From: Gammaproteobacteria bacterium
Lineage (GTDB): Bacteria > Pseudomonadota > Gammaproteobacteria > S012-40
DNA length: 64,000 bases
Assembly: GCA_919902765.1 (NCBI GenBank)
Contig: CAKKRP010000063.1
Span: 15,112-79,111, forward strand
Direction: 5' to 3'
Shown one piece after another: positions 56,291 through 64,000 of this stretch (position 1 is the first letter of the stretch; the number at the start of each line of letters is the position of its first letter). The notes under the pieces were generated by a model. The model was given only the letters and a program-made list of their open reading frames with translations. It made no database searches and had not been told where the DNA came from. Both the position numbers and the translations under genes were made by a program.

Positions 56291-56460
56291 GGGAACCTCT
56301 AAAAATTCACTGAAGCCGCGCCGACGGCGTTGAAAAGTGGCTCAAATTGCGGGGCCGCGTAGCGGTAGACTGCGTGTAAACCGCGCATTTTCGCCACTTT
56401 TCGCCTTGCCATCACTGGCGCCCTCCGAGTATCGTCTTGATTTAATTTTTAAAGGTTCCC
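56291..56460. repeat. 170-bp imperfect nested palindrome abutting the pilJ stop
   Basis: Outer arms gggaacctctaaaaatt (56291-56307) and aatttttaaaggttccc (56444-56460), 1 mismatch. Inner arms ggcg(tt)gaaaagtggc (about 56327-56341) and gccacttttcgcc (56393-56405). Confidence 0.5.
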
Positions 56461-58485
56461 TCAACTATCAACTCCGATTTTCGGCAATTTGAAACCACTG
56501 ACCATTTGCCTTAGTGTATGCGCTAATTCGGCGAGATTTTCCGTCAATTCCGCCGTTTGTTGCGTACCCGCCAAATGCTCGTTGGTGACCTCTTTGATTA
56601 AATTCATGGCCTGTGCGACTTCCATCGCCCCATGCGCCAACTGTTGCGCGGTGTGCGAAATATCTTGAATGTGCCCGGCAAGATCCGCCGACACATCCTG
56701 TATCGCGATCAGCGCCGTTCCCGCACCTTCCGCCAATTCAGTACCCTCACCCACGTCATGCGTACTGCGCGCCATCGACATCACGGCTTCCTGCGTGTCC
56801 TGCTGTATCGCTTTGACCAAGATTTCGATCTGCCGCGTCGCGTAACCCGTGCGTTCAGCCAGTTGCTGCACTTCATCGGCGACGGTGCCGATGCTGGTAT
56901 TTGATTGCCCGCCGCTCGTTTGGATTGCCGCATTCAATGCAAGAATATGCGTTTGATCGGCGATATCATTGATCAACTCGACGATATTACCGATCTCTTG
57001 CGAGCTTTCGCCAAGTCGTTTGATACGCCTTGCGGTATCTTGTATGTGTTCGCGCGTGGTAACCATGGAATGTATCATTTGCCGCACCGTGTTCGCACCA
57101 TGGTCAGCGATTTCTACATTTTGTTGCGCGACTTTTAGCGAGGATTGTGCGCCTTCCGCAACCCGTTCCATCGCCGCAGCGAAACTCTGTACCGATGCAG
57201 TAACCGTTGCGATTTGCTCCGCCTGGCGCGTAGACCCGCGTGTTAAATGCACTGCGGTAGCGCGCGTTTCCGCCGCCGCCGAGGCCACCTCTCCGGCCGC
57301 GTCATTGATAGCCGTCACCAACTCACGCAATGCCGACACCATATAATTTACCGCTTCAGCGATAGCGGCAGTATTTTCCTGATTATCGGTCGTAGCGCGC
57401 ACCGTTAGATCACCCTCGCCTAGCGTGCGGATTTCATGGCGTAGGCGCATGACGGCGTCCCGTTCGGCTTTGTGCTGTTGCACCGTGGCGCGCGCGCGCG
57501 CTTGCGCCTCACGCACCAAATGATATCCCATTGCAATCAGCGTAACCAATGCCAGCAATCCAAAACCATAACCCAACCAAGCGAACACATGCGATTTCTT
57601 TTCCAGCGCATCGTAATTTTCTATCAACTGCGAAATCTCATCAACCATAGGATCGACATTGACCAACATACTATTACCAGCGCGCTGCGCTTTATTGAGA
57701 TCCGGTAATTTTTCCCGAATGCGTTCAACCCGCTGGCGTATATCCGAAAATCGACTACGCACATCTTGCAGCGTCGCACGGGCGCGGTTATCGCCCTGCG
57801 CCGCGCCTATCTGCCCCCCAAGCGCCACTTCAAACTCGCCCAAATCACGCAAAAAAACCTCGCCCAAACTGCTACCTTGCGCACCTAACATCAACACCTT
57901 ATCGATATGCCCCGCGATACGTTGCGCCAACACGAGTTGCCGCCCGGAAAATGAGCTATCGGACACATTACCGCTGCCGGCCGTAGTCTCGGCAGAAATA
58001 TTTTGCAGTTGCGGAGCGCTGCTGACGAGCATACGCAGCAATTCCGACAGCGAACGCGCCGCAATTTCAGCGCGCAATACCATATCGACGTTATCGCGGA
58101 AATCATTCCACTGCGTGGTAACCGCCGCAAGCTCGGCGGCGACTGAATCGGGCGAGGCGGGTAAGCCGTGCGCGGAATCGCCTTCGCGCAAGAATTTTAA
58201 ATTCGCGTCAAACTGATCGCGACGCACTTTTAATGTGATGTACGCCTGCGGTTTGGCGCGTAACGCCTCGGTGGACAAGGCCACCATTTGTAAGGCGGCG
58301 ACGCGCAATTGTGACGCGAGATTGATATATTCTTTGTCTTGCGCGTTGCGTATGGCAAGGTAGCTGAACGCGGCCACCATCGAGACCACCAATAACACAA
58401 GGATGCCGATCAAAAAAATAATCGGTCGATTGGTATTTTTGATATTATTGCGTCTAAATTCCTGCGGGAAGGGTTCATCGATCAC
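56461..58485 (-). CDS. pilJ: PilJ-like methyl-accepting chemotaxis protein
   Basis: 674 aa with an N-terminal TM helix and a PilJ-type periplasmic region, a HAMP domain and an MCP signalling domain (ILALNAAIQ...TVADEVQQLAERT). Confidence 0.85.
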   Translation of the reverse strand: MIDEPFPQEFRRNNIKNTNRPIIFLIGILVLLVVSMVAAFSYLAIRNAQDKEYINLASQLRVAALQMVALSTEALRAKPQAYITLKVRRDQFDANLKFLREGDSAHGLPASPDSVAAELAAVTTQWNDFRDNVDMVLRAEIAARSLSELLRMLVSSAPQLQNISAETTAGSGNVSDSSFSGRQLVLAQRIAGHIDKVLMLGAQGSSLGEVFLRDLGEFEVALGGQIGAAQGDNRARATLQDVRSRFSDIRQRVERIREKLPDLNKAQRAGNSMLVNVDPMVDEISQLIENYDALEKKSHVFAWLGYGFGLLALVTLIAMGYHLVREAQARARATVQQHKAERDAVMRLRHEIRTLGEGDLTVRATTDNQENTAAIAEAVNYMVSALRELVTAINDAAGEVASAAAETRATAVHLTRGSTRQAEQIATVTASVQSFAAAMERVAEGAQSSLKVAQQNVEIADHGANTVRQMIHSMVTTREHIQDTARRIKRLGESSQEIGNIVELINDIADQTHILALNAAIQTSGGQSNTSIGTVADEVQQLAERTGYATRQIEILVKAIQQDTQEAVMSMARSTHDVGEGTELAEGAGTALIAIQDVSADLAGHIQDISHTAQQLAHGAMEVAQAMNLIKEVTNEHLAGTQQTAELTENLAELAHTLRQMVSGFKLPKIGVDS

Positions 58486-58681
58486 GTTTAGCAGCGCCCT
58501 TGTACGTATTAATTTACTGTTGAGAAAACACTAAACGGCGCATGAACGATTTAAATCCTCAATAAATTGTCGAGGGCAAGCGGCGCTTTTCAACTTCTAA
58601 ACTTTATTGTGGCGTTCATTAGATTCGAATGCGCATCCGGATAACAACGATAACGGGAAATCTATAAAAAAGCCGCCATAC

Positions 58682-59227
58682 TCAACTAATCGCAGTGCTG
58701 AATTCCGGGTGTTGCGCCAATTTATACACACTTACGCTACCCCAATAACGATCATCCTGATGGTAAACTTCATTCAGAAAATTCGCTACTCTACCTTTAA
58801 AAGCAGGGCCTTTTTGGGCTTTTTGCAACGAAGTGAAATGGCGTAACCCAACCACATCATCCACCAACAAACCCGCAGCCGCACGTGGATGCTTAGTTAC
58901 CAACACGCGGCCAAGACGCTTGCTATTAACACGTCCTAACTCTAAAAATTGCGCTAAATCGATTACCGGCAAGAGCTGTCCGCGCAAACTACTCATGCCA
59001 ACCAACCACGGTTTAGCGTTGGGCACTGAAGTAGGTTTGGGGTGGCGCACATAACTATAAACCTCTTTGAGCTCATCCAGCGGGATAAACAAATGCTCGC
59101 CTCCGGCCACAAACGCCAAACCCGACAAGCCGGTAACCGGCTGCGTCTCCGGCAACACCACTTGCGTACCCTGGCGGCCCTTCAGTTCAAGATCGCGCAA
59201 CATGATCAAAGGATTACGATTATCCAT
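58682..59227 (-). CDS. pilI: CheW-like protein PilI
   Basis: 181 aa with a CheW-like domain (VPNAKPWLVGMSSLRGQLLPVIDLAQFL). It lies between the receiver gene and pilJ. Confidence 0.8.
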   Translation of the reverse strand: MDNRNPLIMLRDLELKGRQGTQVVLPETQPVTGLSGLAFVAGGEHLFIPLDELKEVYSYVRHPKPTSVPNAKPWLVGMSSLRGQLLPVIDLAQFLELGRVNSKRLGRVLVTKHPRAAAGLLVDDVVGLRHFTSLQKAQKGPAFKGRVANFLNEVYHQDDRYWGSVSVYKLAQHPEFSTAIS

Positions 59228-59339
59228 AAATGCTCCAAATTTTTGGTATCCATACTGCTTATAAATCTGTTGTGGCTAACCACATTGATTATTAAAAATA
59301 GCACACGCAACGCAACACCGCGCAACCCTTGGGCGATGC

Positions 59340-59765
59340 TCAGTGCGCGGCCTCTTCCGTCGCCTGAGTATAGCGTGCAATCGTTTCGATCAAATCTTCT
59401 CGCGTAAAGGGTTTGGTTAAATATTGGTCCGACCCCGCCAAACGACCGCGCGCGCGATCAAACAAACCGTCTTTACTGGTCAACATGATCACCGGCGTGC
59501 GTTTAAATTCATGATTGTGTTTAATTAACGCGCACGTCTGGTAACCATCCAAACGCGGCATCATGACATCCACAAAGATAATATCAGGTCGATGCGTAAC
59601 GATCTTGGCCAAGGCCTCGAAACCGTCATTGGCGGTGATCACGTCATAACCGGATTTTTGCAGCAAATTTTCTGCGGTGCGCCGTATCGTCTTGCTATCA
59701 TCAATGATCATGACCTTAACGGCATGACCAGACCCTATGCGGGAATCTTGCTTCGTTGCGTTCAC
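59340..59765 (-). CDS. pilG: Single-domain response regulator, PilG-like
   Basis: 141 aa with a receiver domain (VMIIDDSKTIRR...FVDVMMPRLDGY...LTSK), a short N-terminal extension as in PilG, and a position divergent from the gsh genes. Confidence 0.78.
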   Translation of the reverse strand: MNATKQDSRIGSGHAVKVMIIDDSKTIRRTAENLLQKSGYDVITANDGFEALAKIVTHRPDIIFVDVMMPRLDGYQTCALIKHNHEFKRTPVIMLTSKDGLFDRARGRLAGSDQYLTKPFTREDLIETIARYTQATEEAAH

Positions 59766-60158
59766 GCTTATCCCTCATCTTACTACGGGCAGGCCCAAAC
59801 ACCCGCCACTCGCCCTAGCGCCGACTCTCAACGCCTGGGCACCATCTGCAGCGCTCAGTCTTTTGAGTAAGCGATACCGAACGCCTGTGCCCGACGGAAT
59901 CGCTCAAACTACCTACTGACGACCTCCTTATTGTCAATTCCCAGTATTAACAAGCGATTAACCATGTTTTAAGTAATGATGTATCAAAACCAGTGCGGTA
60001 ATTATTGTGCATTTATCTGAGGAAATGCTTAGCAATGGCCTAGCAGTTTCCGAAATCTTTAAGTAACCCTACTTTAGCTCGCGCTAGCAGCGCCGCCATC
60101 GGGTATCGCGCCCTTAAGATATTTGTATTAACCGGATAATTTCATTAACATAGCCGCT

Positions 60159-61451
60159 ATGCATCCAGACACCTACGCTGTACCGCACTTGACCACCGCC
60201 ATGCGCGGCGCCTTGCTTGAGCTCGAAACCTTATTTTTGAGTCGCCAGGCGCATATCGAGGCGTGGTTTCGACGCGCCTGGTTGGTCACGCCGCCGCCCT
60301 TTTACTGTTCGGTGGATTTACGCAATAGCGGATTTAAAATCGCGCCGGTAGATACCAATCTTTTCCCGGCCGGATTTAACAATCTCAATCGCGCCTTCAT
60401 GCCATTGTGCGTACAGGCGGCACAAGCGGCGATTCAACGTGTATGCGCCAAGGCCTTAAATATCCTGATCGTGCCGGAGAGTCATACACGCAATATATTC
60501 TACCTGGAAAGCCTCGCCACACTAAAAGAAATCCTGATACGGGCGGGCTTTGTGGTGCGCATAGGGTCCCTGTTGACCGATATGCGGGAACCGCTGACGA
60601 TAGATTTGCCCAGCGGCAGACGCATCATTTTAGAAGAACTCATGCGTGACGGAGAGCGCGTTTCCGTCGCCGATTTTGAACCCTGCATGGTGTTGCTCAA
60701 TCACGATATGTCCGGCGGTAGACCGGCGATATTGGAAAATCTCGATCAACCGGTTGTGCCGCCGCTCAATGTGGGATGGAGCAACCGCCTTAAATCCGAG
60801 CATTTCGCTCAATACCGCAGCGTCGCTAGTGAGTTCGCGCAACTCCTCAATATAGACCCCTGGATGGTAGATCCGTTATTTCGACATTGCGGCGAAATCG
60901 ATTTTATGAAACGCGAAGGCGAAGATTGCGTCGCGCGCAATGTGCAGGCCTTGTTGACCGAAATCCAAGCCAAATATAACACCTATGGTGTCGATAAAAC
61001 GCCCTTTGTCATCGTCAAGGCGGATGCCGGAACTTACGGCATGGGCATCATGACGGTGCGTAACGCCGATGAGATTTACGAATTGAATCGCAAACAACGC
61101 ACGCGCATGACCGCCACCAAAGGCGGTCAAGTGATCAGCAAGGTCATCGTTCAGGAAGGCGTTTACACCTTTGAAACGTGGAATGACGCCGTGGCCGAAC
61201 CCGTGGTCTATATGATGGATCACAACGTGGTGGGTGGTTTCTACCGCGTACACAAAGAACGTGGCGTAGATGAGAATCTCAACGCCCCCGGCATGCATTT
61301 TGAACCACTCGCATTCGCCAATCCGGGCAATTGTCCCGACCCCACGCAAGATCCCGACGCCGATCCCAATCGCTTTTACGTATATGGCGTCGTAGCCCGT
61401 TTAGCCTTACTGGCGGCGGCGCGCGAAATCGCCGAGGCGACCAAAAAATGA
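60159..61451 (+). CDS. gshA: Putative glutamate-cysteine ligase of the rare Acidithiobacillus-type family
   Basis: 430 aa. The motif CSVDLRNSGFKIAPVDTNLFPAGFNN matches, from memory, the T. ferrooxidans-type GshA family. It is translationally coupled (ATGA) to gshB. An HMM search is needed to confirm. Confidence 0.6.
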   Translation: MHPDTYAVPHLTTAMRGALLELETLFLSRQAHIEAWFRRAWLVTPPPFYCSVDLRNSGFKIAPVDTNLFPAGFNNLNRAFMPLCVQAAQAAIQRVCAKALNILIVPESHTRNIFYLESLATLKEILIRAGFVVRIGSLLTDMREPLTIDLPSGRRIILEELMRDGERVSVADFEPCMVLLNHDMSGGRPAILENLDQPVVPPLNVGWSNRLKSEHFAQYRSVASEFAQLLNIDPWMVDPLFRHCGEIDFMKREGEDCVARNVQALLTEIQAKYNTYGVDKTPFVIVKADAGTYGMGIMTVRNADEIYELNRKQRTRMTATKGGQVISKVIVQEGVYTFETWNDAVAEPVVYMMDHNVVGGFYRVHKERGVDENLNAPGMHFEPLAFANPGNCPDPTQDPDADPNRFYVYGVVARLALLAAAREIAEATKK

Positions 61452-62395
61452 GCCTGCGTTTTGGGGTGGTGATGGACCCCATCGCCGCGATCAAACCCGC
61501 CAAAGATACTACGCTGGCGCTGTTGATCGAGGCACAGCGACGCGGATGGCCGCTGTGTTATTTGGAAATGGGCGATTTATATTTGCGCGATGGCGTCGCA
61601 TGGGGACGTTGGCGCGAACTCCAAGTAAGCCATGATAGCCAAGCGTGGTACACCCTGGGCGCGGCGCACGACGAGCCGCTGCACACATTGGACGCGCTCT
61701 TCATGCGCAAAGATCCGCCCTTCGACACCGAATATTTAATGGCCACCTATATCTTAGAACGCGCGCAATTAGCGGGCGCCCATGTCTACAACGATCCGCG
61801 TGCGTTGCGCGATGTGAACGAAAAAATTTTTACCGCGTGGTTTCCGCAGTGCTGCGTTCCCACTTTAGTGACCAACGAAATCGCCCGCATTAAATCTTTT
61901 TTAACCGAACAACACGACATCATCGTTAAACCCCTCACGTTGATGGGCGGCGCATCGATATTTCGGATCCGTGAGGACGACGCCAATGTCAACGTCATCT
62001 GCGAAACGATGACACACAGCGGCACACAATACACGATGGCGCAACGCTATGTTCCCGAAGTGCGCGCCGGCGATAAACGCATTCTACTAATCGACGGCGA
62101 GCCTTATGCGTATGCCCTGGCGCGCATCCCCGCCGCCGGTGAAACGCGCGCCAATATGGCGGTGGGCGGCACAGGCGTCGGCCAACCATTGACGGAACGC
62201 GACCGCTGGATCTGCCAGCAAGTGGGGACGCAGTTGCGTACACGCGGTTTAATTTTTGTTGGCTTGGATGTCATCGGCGATTATTTGACCGAGATCAATG
62301 TCACCAGCCCCACGGGTGTGCGCGAGCTCGAAAAACAGTATGGCGACAATATCGCGGCGCGTATCTTGGATTGCGTGGCCGCAAGGGCATCGTGA
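61448..62395 (+). CDS. gshB: Glutathione synthetase GshB
   Basis: The start is set at ATG 61448 (MSLRFGVVMDPIAAIKPAKDTTLALLIEAQRRGW...YLEMGDLYL), which closely parallels E. coli GshB. The upstream 39 codons of the track ORF overlap gshA. Confidence 0.92.
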   Translation: MSLRFGVVMDPIAAIKPAKDTTLALLIEAQRRGWPLCYLEMGDLYLRDGVAWGRWRELQVSHDSQAWYTLGAAHDEPLHTLDALFMRKDPPFDTEYLMATYILERAQLAGAHVYNDPRALRDVNEKIFTAWFPQCCVPTLVTNEIARIKSFLTEQHDIIVKPLTLMGGASIFRIREDDANVNVICETMTHSGTQYTMAQRYVPEVRAGDKRILLIDGEPYAYALARIPAAGETRANMAVGGTGVGQPLTERDRWICQQVGTQLRTRGLIFVGLDVIGDYLTEINVTSPTGVRELEKQYGDNIAARILDCVAARAS

Positions 62396-62403
62396 CGCCG
62401 GGC

Positions 62404-63453
62404 ATGCGCCATCCCTTAATCGCACTTGCGTTGCTATTGTTGACGGCGTGCGCGGAAAAAACGCATCCACCGCAAGTATACAAGTACACTTTTTTTTCCA
62501 TGGGCACGCAAATCGATTTATCGCTATTCGATGTTGACCCTGCACGCAGCGAACAAATCGCAACCGCCATTGAACGAGATTTTACGGCCCTGAATACCGC
62601 ATGGAATCCTTGGGGAAACGGTGATTTAGGACAACTCAATACGGCATTGAAAAAAAACCAACCCGCGACCGTCAATCAGGCGCTACAAGAATTGATAGAA
62701 AACGCCCGTATCCTTGCGCGCGACAGTGACGGATTATTTAACCCCGGTGTCGGCGGCCTGGTAACATTATGGGGTTTTAACGAAGCCGCCACGCAAATGC
62801 CCAGTGGTCCGCCGCCCACGCAAGCGGCGCTGGATGTGTGGTTAAAACGCCATGACAGTTTAGCGAATTTGAAAATTCAAAACCTGACCCTCTCCGGGCA
62901 TAAACCCGGTTTAATTTTGGATTTTGGCGGTTACGCCAAGGGATATGCGGTGGATAAGGCGATTCAACACCTCACGGATTTAGGCGTCAAAAACGCTATT
63001 GTAAACGCCGGAGGGGATTTGCGCGCCATCGGAAGTAAAGGTGGACGTCCGTGGATGATAGGCATACGCGACCCGCGCGGCCCAGGCATGCTCGCCGCAT
63101 TGCCTGTGCGAGATGGCGAAGCGGTGTTTACCTCAGGCGATTATGAACGATTTTATGAATATCAAGGACATCGTTATCATCACATTTTTGATCCGCGCAC
63201 CGGGTATCCTACGCAGGAAACCGCCTCCGTCACCGTCGTATACAACGCCGGCGCCAAGGCCGACGCCAGCGCCACGGCCTTGATGGTCGCGGGTCCGCAA
63301 CACTGGCAATCCACCGCCAAGCGTTTAGGCGTGCGGCAAATCATGCTGGTCGCAACCGACGGCACGGTCTATATCACATCCGCTTTGCAGACACGCATTC
63401 AGTTTGAAAAATCGCCCGCCAAATTGATCGTCGGCGATGTTGACGCGCACTGA
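62404..63453 (+). CDS. apbE: FAD:protein FMN transferase ApbE (lipoprotein)
   Basis: Lipobox LLLLTAC after ATG 62404. ApbE motifs are present (FFSMGT, GGYAKGYAVD, SGDYERF, HHIFDPRTGYP). Confidence 0.88.
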   Translation: MRHPLIALALLLLTACAEKTHPPQVYKYTFFSMGTQIDLSLFDVDPARSEQIATAIERDFTALNTAWNPWGNGDLGQLNTALKKNQPATVNQALQELIENARILARDSDGLFNPGVGGLVTLWGFNEAATQMPSGPPPTQAALDVWLKRHDSLANLKIQNLTLSGHKPGLILDFGGYAKGYAVDKAIQHLTDLGVKNAIVNAGGDLRAIGSKGGRPWMIGIRDPRGPGMLAALPVRDGEAVFTSGDYERFYEYQGHRYHHIFDPRTGYPTQETASVTVVYNAGAKADASATALMVAGPQHWQSTAKRLGVRQIMLVATDGTVYITSALQTRIQFEKSPAKLIVGDVDAH

Positions 63454-63799
63454 TCGTTGGATCATCGCGCTGGCCGTGTGTGGGATTGCGAGTTTATATA
63501 TTTTATTGTGGCGGCCAAACACCGAGGGACGCCGGGCGGAAATAAGCGTAAACGGAAAAGTCGTCGCCACTCTTGATTTGCAACGCGATGTCCTGCAAAA
63601 ATTCACGGGCATGTTAGGTGAATCAGAAATCGAAATCCGTGATCGACGCATACGCTTTCGCGCGTCGCCCTGTCATGGCAAACAATGCATACACATGGGC
63701 TGGGCGCGACGCGGCGGCGAATTTATCGCATGCCTGCCCAATCGCATCGCCGTCACGATCATCGCAGACGAAAGTGTTTATGATGCAGTGAATTTTTAG
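63437..63799 (+). CDS. NusG domain II-containing small membrane protein
   Basis: 120 aa with an N-terminal TM helix, then ISVNGKVV...CHGKQC...FIACLPNRIAVTI, typical of the NusG-II family often found next to apbE. It overlaps apbE by 17 nt. Confidence 0.68.
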   Translation: MLTRTDRWIIALAVCGIASLYILLWRPNTEGRRAEISVNGKVVATLDLQRDVLQKFTGMLGESEIEIRDRRIRFRASPCHGKQCIHMGWARRGGEFIACLPNRIAVTIIADESVYDAVNF

Positions 63800-63888
63800 G
63801 CGCTCAACCTGAGCGTCATCCGAAAACGCGGTGCGCGGATGCGCCAGCGGCGGTTTTGCTTCTCATATCCCTACCTTCAAATGTTTTT

Positions 63889-64000
63889 TTATATCCCAGC
63901 CGTCGTAAATTTGTGCGGCTTGACTACGCTAGACAACATGAGATTGTCCGGCATTGCGCCGTCGCGCACATACACGTCATCGCGAAACTCCGCCATGCGG
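63889..64000 (-). CDS. Possible 3' end of an unidentified gene entering from the right edge
   Basis: An open minus-strand frame from the window edge to TAA at 63889-63891 (...AEFRDDVYVRDGAMPDNLMLSSVVKPHKFTTAGI*). It is too short to identify. Confidence 0.2.
   Translation of the reverse strand, partial: RMAEFRDDVYVRDGAMPDNLMLSSVVKPHKFTTAGI

Overview
This looks like a chromosomal segment from a flagellated, sulfur-oxidising proteobacterium, most likely a gammaproteobacterium (lptFG/pepA-holC synteny, pilG next to gshB). I support 59 CDS (two partial) and 2 tRNAs.

Left to right:
1. 1-4.4 kb: a small sugar or flagellin-modification island. It holds a TylF-like methyltransferase, a PhyH-type dioxygenase, a glycosyltransferase-methyltransferase fusion and a GT-A-like protein.
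2. 4.4-25.9 kb: a large flagellar block on the minus strand (fliT-like, fliS, fliD, flaG, two tandem flagellins, flgLKJIHGFEDCB, cheR, cheV) with flgA-flgM-flgN on the plus strand, diverging from cheV. Sigma54-type and sigma28-type promoters are readable by eye.
3. 26-32.2 kb: tRNA-Ala(CGC) and tRNA-Arg(CCT), then an orphan second FlgE-like hook gene, a 918-aa RCC1-repeat surface protein, a GST and a GNAT.
4. 32.2-38.5 kb: an eight-gene set of TusA, two DsrE-family proteins, a GcvH-like lipoate-binding protein, a lipoate ligase, two radical-SAM enzymes and an FAD reductase. This set is associated with sHdr-type sulfur oxidation, but no hdr-like genes lie in the window.
5. 38.9-44.7 kb: a BepA-like protease, then soxXYZA and soxB, with no soxCD.
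6. 44.8-49.1 kb: housekeeping lptG-lptF and pepA-holC.
7. 49.1-64 kb: an acidic low-complexity protein, a reduced Pil-Chp-type chemosensory cluster (cheW-like, chpA, pilJ, pilI, pilG), gshA-gshB, apbE and a NusG-domain-II gene.

I saw no CRISPR array, IS element, integrase, toxin-antitoxin pair or recognisable defence system. All product calls rest on reading the supplied translations and on motif recall. No database search was run.
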